The translations under genes were made by a program, and so were the position numbers. A stretch of DNA of 63,836 nt, filler included, from Acidimicrobiia bacterium (lineage in GTDB: Bacteria; Actinomycetota; Acidimicrobiia; Spongiisociales; JAHEDJ01), in assembly GCA_029210695.1 (NCBI GenBank). It is 3 parts of 3 records of this genome, joined end to end, with 100 filler letters (N's around TTAATTAATTAA, not from the genome) between each part and the next. Parts side by side here need not be neighbours in the genome. Positions count along the whole stretch, not along the records: positions 1 to 22,723 come from JARGFH010000056.1; positions 22,824 to 44,977 come from JARGFH010000057.1; 1 more part is not named here. One strand, given 5' to 3'. The notes under the pieces were generated by a model that was not told where the DNA came from, ran no database searches, and was given only the letters and a program-made list of their open reading frames with translations. Shown in pieces: positions 17,853-27,219 of this stretch (its first letter is position 1; each line of letters starts with the position of its first letter).

Positions 17853-18455
17853 CTAGCCGAACCGGACCAGGCCTTCTGCCAGGGCGGCGGGTGTATCGAC
17901 GCTGAACCACGAGCGACCATCTTCACCCCAGGACCGCCATTCAGGTTCGTCGATTATCAGGGCGCCCGCCTTCACGGCTTTCCACAATGGGACGCCATCG
18001 GCCACCGCCCGGGATACCGCGTCGAATACGTCGGGTGTGTAGAGCGCGCAAGTGATTTGGAGCACTTCGTCGTGGGGCACGGTGGTCCGGTCCTGCCGCG
18101 CCAGTCCGGCCAGGGTCTCGACCCGGAGGAACGGCTGATCGACCGCCACCACCAGCACCGGGCGCCCCTCGGAAACCCGCAAGGCGGTCGCCACGCCGGC
18201 AGCAGGGCCGAGCGGGCCGAGGCGATCATCGGGAACACATTCGATGCCGGCCAGGGTTCCCTCCCGGCCGACCACCACTACCTCCCCGCACACCGCTTCG
18301 AGCGCCCGCGCCGCATGTGTAACCAGCGGTTCACCGCGCAGTACGACCAGGGCCTTGTCGACGCCCATGCGGGTCGAGGCCCCTCCGGCGAGAATGACCC
18401 CGAGCGGCCCCGGATTCGCCCCCTCTTGCGTGAGAAAGGAGCGCTCAGCACCCAT
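17853..18455 (-). CDS. mobA: Molybdenum cofactor guanylyltransferase
   Basis: ILAGGASTRMGVDKA, GPAAG, AVDQPF and FSVDTP motifs. Confidence 0.85.
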   Translation of the reverse strand: MGAERSFLTQEGANPGPLGVILAGGASTRMGVDKALVVLRGEPLVTHAARALEAVCGEVVVVGREGTLAGIECVPDDRLGPLGPAAGVATALRVSEGRPVLVVAVDQPFLRVETLAGLARQDRTTVPHDEVLQITCALYTPDVFDAVSRAVADGVPLWKAVKAGALIIDEPEWRSWGEDGRSWFSVDTPAALAEGLVRFG

Positions 18456-18469
18456 AATCGACGCAAGAA
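18423..18469. repeat. 47-bp palindrome (TTCTTGCGT family) overlapping the mobA start
   Basis: CTCTTGCGT...ACGCAAGAA. Confidence 0.7.
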
Positions 18470-18473
18470 GGGG

Positions 18474-20009
18474 TCACGGCTCTCCGATCTCAGGAAGCTT
18501 CTGCTCGAGGATACCCCCGAGGATGCGCCTGGTCTGCGGGGGCACCTTCTCAAACGAGACCTCGAGGCCGGCGCCCTCCGCCTGTTCGGCAACGCTCTTG
18601 AGAACTAGCGCCCCGGTGTAGTCGATCCGGCCCAGGCTGCCGAGATCGAACACGAGAGCACTCGCATCCTGGTGCTCGGCGAGCAACTGGAGCAGGGCCT
18701 CGTTGAGCGGCGGCGCCGACCCGAAGAAGAGCACGCCGCGCGGAGTTAGCCGCAGGGTCTGTCCGTCGAAGCTCGAACCGACGCCGACCTTGATCTCTCT
18801 CCACACGTGGATGAGGATTCCCAGCCCAATGCCGGTGATGACGGCGAACTCGACCCGCGGACTGAGGATGAGCGTCAAGGAGAAGGTCGTCCACAACACG
18901 GCGGTTTGCGGCTTCGAGTGCTTCCACATCGTCCACAGCGGCGACAGCCGGATGAGTTGGGCAACGGCCGAGATCACGATGGCGCCGAGGATGGCCCGGG
19001 GCAGGGGCGACAGAACTCCAGCGACGGGAAGGAACGCCAGCACGACGAGCCCGGAGATCGCTCCGACCCACCGGGTCTTCCCACCGGCCAAGCGGGCTAC
19101 GGACGAACGAGCAAACGACCCCCCAACGGGAAACCCACCGGAGATCCCCGAAGCGAGGTTGGCGACACCCTGGCTGACGAACTCCCGATCCGGGCTCCAG
19201 GTCTGGCGTTCCTGAGCCGCAAAAGTACGTGAAATAGCGGCTGCCTCGGCGAACCCGACCAGGGCAATAACCACCCCACTGACCAACAGCGATGGCAGCG
19301 AGCCCCAGGGCAAGTCGAGCGAGAAGGGCGGCAGTCCGGCCGGCACATCTCCCACGATGAGTCCGTCGTAATCGGTCACCACGCTGTAGACAATCCCCAG
19401 GATCACGGCGACCAGCACCCCTGGAAACACGCGGTGGAGTTTGCGCCCGCCGAGCACCAGTACGGCGGTCACCAGTGACAACCCGACGGCCGCCGGCTCC
19501 CATTCGGATATGTGAATCAGCGCCCACCACGCCTTCTCGAGGATCTGGCCGTCCGGCGCCACCACCCCGACCGCGGTCGGGACCTGCGAAGACAGAATGA
19601 GGATGGCGGCCGCCGACGTGAACCCGATCAGCACCGGCTGGGACATGAAGTACGCCAGGAACCCACCGCGGAAAGCGCCGATGAGCGTCCTCACCACTCC
19701 GACGACAAGGGCCAACAAGGCGGCCAGGGCCACGTACTCGGTGGTACCGGGCTCGGCACCCAAGCCCTGCAATGCTCCAAAGGTCAACAAGGCCGTCAAC
19801 GCCACCGGGCCTGTCTGGAGATACGGTGAGGAAACGAAGAAAGCAGCGACCAGCGAGGGCAGGGCGGCCGCGTACAAGCCAACATAGACGGGGACCCCGG
19901 CGATTTCGGCGTTGGCCAGCGACTGTGGAATGAGCACGAAGGCGACACTCAATCCGGCGATTACATCCGCAGGCCGCGGCCGGCCTGCCCGTGCGATCAA
20001 GGACTGCAC
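18474..20009 (-). CDS. SulP family anion transporter with STAS domain
   Basis: DVIAGLSVAFVLIPQSLA, GGSFARS, C-terminal LFFGSA...IDYTG. Confidence 0.92.
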   Translation of the reverse strand: MQSLIARAGRPRPADVIAGLSVAFVLIPQSLANAEIAGVPVYVGLYAAALPSLVAAFFVSSPYLQTGPVALTALLTFGALQGLGAEPGTTEYVALAALLALVVGVVRTLIGAFRGGFLAYFMSQPVLIGFTSAAAILILSSQVPTAVGVVAPDGQILEKAWWALIHISEWEPAAVGLSLVTAVLVLGGRKLHRVFPGVLVAVILGIVYSVVTDYDGLIVGDVPAGLPPFSLDLPWGSLPSLLVSGVVIALVGFAEAAAISRTFAAQERQTWSPDREFVSQGVANLASGISGGFPVGGSFARSSVARLAGGKTRWVGAISGLVVLAFLPVAGVLSPLPRAILGAIVISAVAQLIRLSPLWTMWKHSKPQTAVLWTTFSLTLILSPRVEFAVITGIGLGILIHVWREIKVGVGSSFDGQTLRLTPRGVLFFGSAPPLNEALLQLLAEHQDASALVFDLGSLGRIDYTGALVLKSVAEQAEGAGLEVSFEKVPPQTRRILGGILEQKLPEIGEP

Positions 20010-20021
20010 GGCGACCGGCCC

Positions 20022-20369
20022 CTACACCAGCACGAAGACGACGGCGGCCGCCGTCATGAGCAACGCCAGGGCGGTGATCACGATCGGCCCGGTGGAGGCG
20101 GTCTGAAACATGCCCTCCTCGAGTTGCACGCGGACGCGCTCGTAGCGAATCGTCGCGTAGATGAGCGAGGCGGCACCCACACCGACCATCGTCAAGCCCG
20201 CGATCTCGGCCTCAACCCCCTGGGCCTCAACCAGCTTTCCAACCAGGACACCAAGACCGATGATGCCGAGGGCGGTACGCACCCAGGCCAGGTAGGTCCG
20301 CTCATTAGCAAGATGATCACGGGCGCGACTGCCGCGGTTGGGGCGAATCGGATTCCGGGACGTGCTCAC
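20022..20369 (-). CDS. DUF202/YidH family membrane protein
   Basis: RDHLANERTYLAWVRT motif, 3 TM helices. Confidence 0.88.
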   Translation of the reverse strand: MSTSRNPIRPNRGSRARDHLANERTYLAWVRTALGIIGLGVLVGKLVEAQGVEAEIAGLTMVGVGAASLIYATIRYERVRVQLEEGMFQTASTGPIVITALALLMTAAAVVFVLV

Positions 20370-20403
20370 GGCTGAGAGGGTACTCCGCAGTCCGGCGGGG
20401 TCC

Positions 20404-21531
20404 TCACTTGGACAGGGCACACTCGTTGCGGCCGACTTCGAGTTCCTTGGCCTTTTCAGCGTCCGGCATCAGCACTCCGAGATTCACCTTGCGGATGTCT
20501 GCGTAGATGGCGGGCGGCTCACCGAGATGCGATACGACGAAGTCGACGAACTCGGCCTCATCGGCGATCGACACCACCGGATCGTTTTTCACCAGATCAC
20601 CCAGCGAGCGCCGAAGAGTGCCGTCTTCCAGCGACTCGGTCCGGCTCGTGTAGTGCGCCGGGCAGACCTCCAGTGCAGGATCGAGAGGCGATAGCTTCAC
20701 GTGAATCGTGTTGAACAGATCTCTCGCCCAGGGCTCGGTCTCGCCGCCGAGGTCGGGGCGACCGACGCCTGTGACGAACACCGCGTCGCCGGTCATCAGA
20801 TAACGGCCGTGCACCTCGAGCGACGTCGAACCGGGCGTGTGACCGGGGGTCGCCACCGAGCGGACGATCATCTCCATCTCGCCGAACGTGAACACCTGCC
20901 CATCTTCGAGGGGGGTGTATTCAAAGACAGCCTCTTCAGCATCGCCCGGCGAAATGCGATATGTCGCGCCCGTCTGTTCGGCCATAGCCACACCGATGGA
21001 GATGTGATCGGCGTGCAGATGAGTGTCGAACAAGTCGGTGATCGTCGCGTCGTACTGGTCGGCGAGCGCCAGGTAGCGCTCGGCATCGGCAGCCGGGTCG
21101 ATGACGGCCATCGTATGGCCGCGGGCGCCCACGGCATACGAAAGACACGCCTTGGCCATCCGATCGAGCTGAACGACAAAGTGGGTCCCGTCGTCGAAGA
21201 GCGTCCTCGGGATCAGCGTGTTGGCCCACAGGTCCATACCGCCTTCGAGGTTCATGACGTTCGCCCTCTCCATCATCTCGACAACCATGCCGGACGAACC
21301 GCCGTGGGCGCAGATGGCGATCACGTCCTGGTCCTCCGGAAGCGTGGCGGCGATGCCTTCGATGTCGCCGAGGGCCGTCCAGTAGGGGATGTTGACGGTA
21401 TCGAGGGCGAGCTTGCCCTCGATCCGCCAGCGCTCGAACTGATCGCCGGCGCGCAAGTCGAGAATGTAGGGGAGCTTCTCGGCGTCTTCGATCCTCCTGG
21501 CGAGGTCATCGGTGGTAATCGAGCCGGGCAT
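20404..21531 (-). CDS. Rhodanese plus MBL-fold hydrolase (YrkH/persulfide dioxygenase-like)
   Basis: N-terminal rhodanese CAHGGSS, then THLHADH, TPGHTPGS, GRPDL and C-terminal EVGRNECA. Confidence 0.87.
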   Translation of the reverse strand: MPGSITTDDLARRIEDAEKLPYILDLRAGDQFERWRIEGKLALDTVNIPYWTALGDIEGIAATLPEDQDVIAICAHGGSSGMVVEMMERANVMNLEGGMDLWANTLIPRTLFDDGTHFVVQLDRMAKACLSYAVGARGHTMAVIDPAADAERYLALADQYDATITDLFDTHLHADHISIGVAMAEQTGATYRISPGDAEEAVFEYTPLEDGQVFTFGEMEMIVRSVATPGHTPGSTSLEVHGRYLMTGDAVFVTGVGRPDLGGETEPWARDLFNTIHVKLSPLDPALEVCPAHYTSRTESLEDGTLRRSLGDLVKNDPVVSIADEAEFVDFVVSHLGEPPAIYADIRKVNLGVLMPDAEKAKELEVGRNECALSK

Positions 21532-21567
21532 CTGGCAATCCCTCCTCACAGGCGCATCCGCGGCCTG

Positions 21568-21587
21568 ACATGCGAAACGGCGCATGT
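21568..21587. promoter_or_regulatory. Putative repressor operator ACATGCG-N6-CGCATGT
   Basis: Perfect 7-bp inverted repeat next to a minus-strand TAAGAT -10; the same core occurs at 22070-22085. Confidence 0.55.
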
Positions 21588-21644
21588 ATCTTATGAATGA
21601 CCTCGGGACCCGGCAAGGGGTTCTTCCCCGGCCACGGGCGGCGA

Positions 21645-21977
21645 CTACGAGTTGGCCGCCTGCGGCTCTTCGGCATCCACCTGCATTTGCTCTGCCATCA
21701 CCTCGCGCAACAGGTCGATGGCCTGGGTGATCTTGTCCGAAGTCAACGAGTAGAACACTCGCTGCGCGTCACGACGGGCCAGCACCAGGCCGCGGTCGCG
21801 CAGCACTGCCAGATGTTGAGACACGTTCGCCTGCGGGAGTTGCAGCTCTTCGCAGAGTTCCATGACCGGACGCTCGCCATCGCGCAGCGCATTGATGATC
21901 AGCAGCCGTTTGGGATCGGCAATCCCTTTGCAGACACCTGCGTGTAGGGCGAGTAGCTCATCGGCGACGGAGTGCAT
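21645..21977 (-). CDS. ArsR/SmtB family transcriptional regulator
   Basis: KGIADPKRLLII and PQANVSQHLAVLRDRGLV winged HTH. Confidence 0.92.
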   Translation of the reverse strand: MHSVADELLALHAGVCKGIADPKRLLIINALRDGERPVMELCEELQLPQANVSQHLAVLRDRGLVLARRDAQRVFYSLTSDKITQAIDLLREVMAEQMQVDAEEPQAANS

Positions 21978-22041
21978 AGAGGCAGAACCTAGCCGATGAC
22001 ATGCTCAAGGTAGAACGTCCGGAGAAAAACCCCAGAATCGG

Positions 22042-22085
22042 TTGACGCACCGATACCGGCCGTACCAGGATGCGTCGAGGCGCAT
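22042..22085 (+). promoter_or_regulatory. Putative promoter (TTGACG-N18-CAGGAT) with overlapping ATGCG-N6-CGCAT operator
   Basis: Upstream of the DsrE-like gene; operator core identical to 21570-21585. Confidence 0.5.
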
Positions 22086-22123
22086 ATAGGCGCCCGGGGA
22101 GACACCAACACGAAGGAGGGACG

Positions 22124-22651
22124 ATGACGGCTACCGATCATCAGATCGAACCCGCCCCAGAGGAGACCGCGCCTGAGAAGGAGAAGATGGTCATCATTGC
22201 CGCCTCGGGCGACCTCGACAAAGCCTGGCCGGTGCTGATCCTGGCCACCACCGGCGCCGCCTACGGGATGGATGTAACGGTGTTCTTCACGTTCTGGGGG
22301 CTCGGCATCCTCAAGAAAGCAGACGCCGGCCTCACCGGAGACGACTGGCGGCAGAAGATGCTGTCGATGTTCCACAACAGTTCTGCATCCGGACTCGGCT
22401 TGTCCAAGTTGCACTTCGCCGGAATGGGTCCTGCCATGATGCGCGGCCTCGCCGAAGACCACAACGTTGCTTCCGTCCAGGAGTTGCTGGATATGGCGAT
22501 CGACCTGGGCGTCAACCTCTGGCCGTGCCAGATGACCATGGACCTCATGGGCCTCAAAGATGAACATCTCATCGATGGTCTGTCCGCCCCCGTCGGGGCA
22601 GGTTCGGCAATCAGCCTGATGAAGCAGGCGACAATCAGTCTGTTCATCTAG
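22124..22651 (+). CDS. DsrE/DsrF/DrsH-like (YrkE-type) sulfur carrier protein
   Basis: SGDLDKA, VFFTFWGL, PCQMTMDLMG and SLFI terminus; AAGGAGG SD. Confidence 0.9.
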   Translation: MTATDHQIEPAPEETAPEKEKMVIIAASGDLDKAWPVLILATTGAAYGMDVTVFFTFWGLGILKKADAGLTGDDWRQKMLSMFHNSSASGLGLSKLHFAGMGPAMMRGLAEDHNVASVQELLDMAIDLGVNLWPCQMTMDLMGLKDEHLIDGLSAPVGAGSAISLMKQATISLFI

Positions 22652-22723
22652 GTGGCTGCCGAAAAAGTGGCTTTCGGTGAGGTTGGTTGGCGGCGGGCCA
22701 GTCGTGGGTGATGCCGGAGACCA
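22652..22723. mobile_element. Probable IS terminus (IS5/IS1182-like) at the contig end
   Basis: CTAG followed by GTGGCTGCCGAAAAAG resembles GGCTG..GAAAAAG-type IS ends recalled from memory; the contig stops 72 bp later. Confidence 0.35.
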
Positions 22724-22823
22724 NNNNNNNNNNNNNNNNNNNNNNNNNNNNNNNNNNNNNNNNNNNNTTAATTAATTAANNNNNNNNNNNNNNNNNNNNN
22801 NNNNNNNNNNNNNNNNNNNNNNN
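22724..22823. other. Artificial contig spacer
   Basis: N44-TTAATTAATTAA-N44 six-frame stop linker. Confidence 0.97.
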
Positions 22824-22898
22824 CAGTGCCACGAACCCTGCCACAGCGGGGATCGTCCGGCAGGAGACCAAGTCACCAAATCCGCGACGGACCACTAG
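22824..22898. mobile_element. Probable IS630-family terminus
   Basis: Ends ...AAATCCGCGACGGACCACTAG (reads KSATDH-stop; CTAG/TA end typical of IS630) at a contig start. Confidence 0.45.
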
Positions 22899-22955
22899 AC
22901 TCCGAGCCGATCCGAGGGCACCCGTCCTCGTTTCACGAGGGAGAGCGGAGACGGC

Positions 22956-23321
22956 GTGAGCTCGTATTTTCAGGACTACATCACCGTGGGCTCATTCGCG
23001 GCGCTCGGCGTGGTTCTCGTCATCGTGATGCTGGGGGTGGCCGCTCTCCTCCGCCCCTCCAACCCCTCACCCGCCAAGCTGAAGACCTACGAATGCGGCG
23101 TCGACCCCGTCGGCGAAGGATGGCACCAGTCCTACGTCCGCTACTACGTCTTCGGCCTGCTGTTTGTCATCTTCGATGTAGAAGCCGTGTTCATCTTCCC
23201 GTGGGCGATAAAGCTCGAGGACCTCGGCATGTTCGGTCTCGTCGAGATGCTGATCTTCATCTGGATCCTTCTGATGGGATTGATCTTCGCCATCCGCAAG
23301 GGAGTCCTTCGGTGGGAATAA
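22956..23321 (+). CDS. nuoA: NADH-quinone oxidoreductase subunit A
   Basis: [28 protein letters not shown]. Confidence 0.95.
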   Translation: MSSYFQDYITVGSFAALGVVLVIVMLGVAALLRPSNPSPAKLKTYECGVDPVGEGWHQSYVRYYVFGLLFVIFDVEAVFIFPWAIKLEDLGMFGLVEMLIFIWILLMGLIFAIRKGVLRWE

Positions 23322-23809
23322 TCGAGAAGTTCGGGATGCCGAAGCCGGCAACCTTCCTGCTGAACTGGGGCCGCAAGTACTCACTTTGGCTCTTCCAGTT
23401 TGGACTGGCCTGCTGCTCCGTTGAGATGCTGGCCGCAGCCGGGCCCCGCTACGACATGATGCGCTTTGGGATCATCCCGATGCCGGCTTCGCCCCGCCAG
23501 GCCGACCTCATGGTCGTGGCCGGCACATTGACCGACAAGATGGCCCCTGCGGTCAAGCGCATCTACGACCAGATGCCCGATCCCAAATACGTGATCTCGA
23601 TGGGATCGTGTTCGAACAGTGGCGGCCCCTACTGGGACTCCTACTCCGTGACGAAGGGGGTGGATCAGATCATCCCGGTCGATGTATACGTCCCCGGTTG
23701 TCCTCCCCGCCCCGAAGCGCTCATGGAAGCCATCGTGTTGTTGCAGAAGAAGATCCAGAACGAAAACCTCCAGGACAAATGGACACATCGTGACGAACAG
23801 CCGGCTTGA
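23312..23809 (+). CDS. nuoB: NADH-quinone oxidoreductase subunit B
   Basis: [24 protein letters not shown]. Confidence 0.96.
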   Translation: MGIIEKFGMPKPATFLLNWGRKYSLWLFQFGLACCSVEMLAAAGPRYDMMRFGIIPMPASPRQADLMVVAGTLTDKMAPAVKRIYDQMPDPKYVISMGSCSNSGGPYWDSYSVTKGVDQIIPVDVYVPGCPPRPEALMEAIVLLQKKIQNENLQDKWTHRDEQPA

Positions 23810-24377
23810 GTCCATCGAGGATTTCGCCGCCTCGGTAGCCGAGGCGGTCGGAGCAACCTCCCACTCCTCAGAGCTCGGTACGGTCAAGGTCAGGGTCGAG
23901 CGTGAACGCTGGGTCGAGGCTGTGACCGCCGCCCGCGACATCGCCCTCCTGCCCTTGTTCTCCTGGCTGTCGGCCGTTGACTGGATGAACGACGTCGCAG
24001 TTGGTGATCCCCCGGCCGAAGAGGTGGAGGAGCGCTACGAGGTCATGTGCGCCGTATCGAACGTCTCCGACGGACAAATCGTGGTGCTGAGCACCGACCT
24101 GCCCAAGGACGATCCCTCGATCGATTCGGTCGCAGATGTCTATCCGGGCGCCAACTGGCACGAGCGTGAGGCGGCCGAGATGTTCGAGATCGATTTCGTC
24201 GGTCACCCGAACCTGATCAAGCTCTATCTCACCTCCGACTTCGTCGGTCATCCTCTCAAGAAGTCCTACCCGTTGATCAGCCGCGAAGTGAAGCCGTGGC
24301 CGGGGACGGTGGACGTCGAAGACATGCCGGAGTCGGCCGCTGCGGATGCCCCGAGCTTCGAGAACCCGGACGCATGA
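23790..24377 (+). CDS. nuoC: NADH-quinone oxidoreductase subunit C
   Basis: [17 protein letters not shown]...GHPLKK. Confidence 0.93.
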   Translation: MTNSRLESIEDFAASVAEAVGATSHSSELGTVKVRVERERWVEAVTAARDIALLPLFSWLSAVDWMNDVAVGDPPAEEVEERYEVMCAVSNVSDGQIVVLSTDLPKDDPSIDSVADVYPGANWHEREAAEMFEIDFVGHPNLIKLYLTSDFVGHPLKKSYPLISREVKPWPGTVDVEDMPESAAADAPSFENPDA

Positions 24378-25564
24378 TGCTTGATCCCAGCGTTCTCCAC
24401 CATCTCTCCGAGGCGGCTGTGGCGATCGAACTCGAAACGCCGGACATGACGCTCAACATCGGTCCGCAGCACCCGTCGACCCACGGTGTGCTCCGCCTCG
24501 TGGCCAAGGTCGACGGTGAGCAGGTTTTCGACGTTCAGCCCGTCATCGGCTACATGCATCGGGGATACGAGAAGATAAGCGAGGTCCGCACGTATCCGCA
24601 GATCATCACTTTGATCAACAGGATCGAGTGGGTATCCGGATACGCCAACGAAATCCCCTTCCTGGTCGCCGTCGAGCGGATCATGGGGCTCGAAGTGCCG
24701 GAGCGAGCCCAGTACATCCGCCTGATCCTCACCGAGCTGACCAGGTTGTCGAGCCACCTCATGTTCATGGGCTCATATCCGCTCGAACTCGGTGCCTCCA
24801 CCCCGCTCATGTTTGCCCTCCGGGAGCGGGAGCGGGTACTCGATCTCATCGAAGGCGTCACCGGTGGACGGTTCCACCCGAACTTCAACCGGATCGGAGG
24901 CGTCAAGCCGGCCGCCGGTGCGGGGCCCAGTCAGAAGAAGCTCATCCAGGACCTGCCCAAAGGCTTTCTCGAGGACACCCGCGACGCCATGGATCGGGTC
25001 CTGTCGACCTCCGATGAGCTCGAAGACCTCATCGCCGGAAATGAGGTGTTGCTGGCCAGGACCAAGGGCGTCGGGATTCTCCCCCCCGAGGTGGCGATGG
25101 CCTACGGCGTGACCGGCCCGAACCTGCGCGCCTCCGGTGTCGACTTCGATCTCCGCAAGAAGTCCGACTACTTGCCTTACGACCAGCTCGATTTCAAAAC
25201 GGCCGTCACCGAAACGGGGGACTGCTGGGATCGCTGGTGGGTCCGGCTCGTCGAGATTCGCGAATCGGCCAGGATGATCAAGCAGGCGGTCGATCAGATC
25301 CCCTCGGGACCGCTCCAGGCCAAGGTTCCCCGCGTCATCAAGGTGCCGAAGGGCGAGACCTACGTGCGCGCCGAGAACCCGAAGGGGGAGATGGGCTATC
25401 ACGTCATCTCCGAGGGCGGTCAGGTTCCCTACCGGGTGAAGATCCGCTCGGCCTCGTTCAACAACATCTCGATTCTCCCGCACATCCTCGAGAGAATCCT
25501 GATCCCCGACATCGTGGCGATCATGGGAAGCCTGGACTTCGTCCTAGGGGATGTGGACAGATGA
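24374..25564 (+). CDS. nuoD: NADH-quinone oxidoreductase subunit D
   Basis: NIGPQHPSTHGVLRL, GYMHRG, ENPKGE, C-terminal DVDR. Confidence 0.96.
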   Translation: MMLDPSVLHHLSEAAVAIELETPDMTLNIGPQHPSTHGVLRLVAKVDGEQVFDVQPVIGYMHRGYEKISEVRTYPQIITLINRIEWVSGYANEIPFLVAVERIMGLEVPERAQYIRLILTELTRLSSHLMFMGSYPLELGASTPLMFALRERERVLDLIEGVTGGRFHPNFNRIGGVKPAAGAGPSQKKLIQDLPKGFLEDTRDAMDRVLSTSDELEDLIAGNEVLLARTKGVGILPPEVAMAYGVTGPNLRASGVDFDLRKKSDYLPYDQLDFKTAVTETGDCWDRWWVRLVEIRESARMIKQAVDQIPSGPLQAKVPRVIKVPKGETYVRAENPKGEMGYHVISEGGQVPYRVKIRSASFNNISILPHILERILIPDIVAIMGSLDFVLGDVDR

Positions 25565-25565
25565 C

Positions 25566-25624
25566 GCGGCCCTCTCGCTTCGCTCGTGGGCCGCTGGAGT
25601 TTCGGGCTCGGGCCCGAAACTCCA
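25566..25624. repeat. Two hairpins between nuoD and nuoH
   Basis: GCGGCCC...GGGCCGC around CGCTTCGCTCG, and TGGAGTTTCGGGC-TCGG-GCCCGAAACTCCA (13-bp stem). Confidence 0.65.
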
Positions 25625-25651
25625 ACGTGACACCCGTAAGGGGGTCACGCC

Positions 25652-26656
25652 GTGTCTGACCTCCTCTCCAACTTCTGGATCCTCCTGGCGCTCAAGCTGG
25701 CCGCCATCGGCGCCCTGGTTCCCGTGAGCGCGCTCATCATCGGTACGGCCGAGTTGAAGATCTCGGCACACATGCAGTCCCGCATCGGGCCGTATTTCGC
25801 CGGTGGCCGCTTCGGGTGGGCGCAGCTCATCGCAGACGGCATCAAGTTCTTTCAGAAGGAAGACATCATTCCCGAAGATGCCGACCGGCAGGTGTTCCGG
25901 TGGGCCCCGGCCCTGGTGTTGTTGTCGACGGTTGCTCTGTTTGTCGTCATTCCCTTCTCGCCCACCTTGATCGTCCGCGACCTCGACCTGGGAGTTTTCT
26001 ACGTGCTGGCCATTTCGTCGATCAGCACGATCGGCGTGCTGATGGCCGGATGGTCATCCGCCAACAAGTACTCGCTCATGGGCGGGCTGCGGGCCGCCGG
26101 GCAGCTCATCGCCTACGAGTTGCCGCTGGTGCTGGCAGTCGTCGGCGTCGTCATTCAGGCGGGAACGATGTCGATGGTGGGAATCGTCGAAGCACAAGCC
26201 TCGTTCGAGGTGTTCGGTACGATCACGGTGCCCTACGTGGCCGTCCAGTTTGTCGGATTCCTGGTATTCATGACCGCCGCCCTGGCGGAACTGAGCCGCA
26301 TTCCCTTCGACCTCCCGGTGGCCGAGTCGGAACTGGTGATGGGGTTCGTCACCGAGTACACCGGCTTCCGGTTCTTGTTCTTCTTCCTCGGTGAGTACGC
26401 CAGCATGTTCTCGATGTCCGCCATCGCCGCCACCTTGTTCCTCGGCGGGTATCACTTCCCCGGCCTCGACCCGGCCATCTGGGGCCCGGTGGTTCTGGTC
26501 GTGAAGATCTTCTTCCTGGCCTTCTTGATGATCTGGTTCCGCTGGACGTTCCCACGACTGCGCGAGGACCAACTCCAGACTTTCGCCTGGAAGTGGTTGA
26601 TTCCGGTGTCGCTCGCCAACATCGCAGTGACCGGCGTCTTCAAGGTGGTGTTCTGA
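25652..26656 (+). CDS. nuoH: NADH-quinone oxidoreductase subunit H
   Basis: MQSRIGP, ADGIKFFQKE, RIPFDLPVAESELV. Confidence 0.95.
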   Translation: MSDLLSNFWILLALKLAAIGALVPVSALIIGTAELKISAHMQSRIGPYFAGGRFGWAQLIADGIKFFQKEDIIPEDADRQVFRWAPALVLLSTVALFVVIPFSPTLIVRDLDLGVFYVLAISSISTIGVLMAGWSSANKYSLMGGLRAAGQLIAYELPLVLAVVGVVIQAGTMSMVGIVEAQASFEVFGTITVPYVAVQFVGFLVFMTAALAELSRIPFDLPVAESELVMGFVTEYTGFRFLFFFLGEYASMFSMSAIAATLFLGGYHFPGLDPAIWGPVVLVVKIFFLAFLMIWFRWTFPRLREDQLQTFAWKWLIPVSLANIAVTGVFKVVF

Positions 26657-27129
26657 TGCGCCTCCGCCTTCCCAACTTCTTCGGCTCGGGATTGCTGACC
26701 GGATTGTGGGTGACGCTCAAGACCCTGTTCTCCAAGCCCGTCACGGTGAACTACCCGGTCGTGAAAGAAACGCCCGTGCCGCGTGCCCGCGGCGTGATCG
26801 CCCTCGATCAGGACGCATGCACGGTCTGCATGCTGTGCGCCCGGCAGTGCCCGGACTGGTGCATCTACATCGAAGGGCACAAGGAAGAGCAGCCCCCCTC
26901 CCAGCCGGGCGGACGGGTCAAGAAACGCGCAACGCTCGACCGGTTCGACATCGACTACGCCCTCTGCATGTACTGCGGCATCTGCGTCGAGGTCTGTCCA
27001 TTCGACGCCCTGTTCTGGACTCCGGAGTACGAGTACTCGGAGCACAAGATGGGCGCAATGATGCACGACAAGGACCGTCTCCAGGATTGGCTGAAGACGG
27101 TGCCGGAAGCCCCGGGACTGGAATCATGA
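26656..27129 (+). CDS. nuoI: NADH-quinone oxidoreductase subunit I
   Basis: Two CxxCxxCxxxCP ferredoxin motifs. Confidence 0.95.
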   Translation: MRLRLPNFFGSGLLTGLWVTLKTLFSKPVTVNYPVVKETPVPRARGVIALDQDACTVCMLCARQCPDWCIYIEGHKEEQPPSQPGGRVKKRATLDRFDIDYALCMYCGICVEVCPFDALFWTPEYEYSEHKMGAMMHDKDRLQDWLKTVPEAPGLES

Positions 27130-27132
27130 GCA

Positions 27133-27200
27133 GGCAATTGGCAATTGGCAATTGGCTCCGCGCTCCGCTGAAACCAGGGGGCCAATTGCCAATTGCCCAA
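27133..27200. repeat. Inverted heptamer arrays (GGCAATT)3 ... (GCCAATT)n
   Basis: ggcaattggcaattggcaattggc ... gccaattgccaattgcc between nuoI and nuoJ. Confidence 0.75.
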
Positions 27201-27219
27201 TTCCAAATGGGACGAACAC

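Noticed and set aside
17795..18469. 47-bp palindromes as integron attC sites around a mobA cassette
   Set aside because: No consistent RYYYAAC/GTTRRRY ends, no integrase, and the neighbouring genes are housekeeping-type
18453..18476. SulP TGA is in frame with mobA and followed by a hairpin, suggesting a second Sec readthrough
   Set aside because: The hairpin is a dispersed 47-bp repeat, both proteins are complete on their own, and there is no redox-motif context
22724..22823. AT-only palindrome TTAATTAATTAA within N runs (also 44978-45077)
   Set aside because: Artificial six-frame-stop contig linker, not biology; it also voids linkage across it
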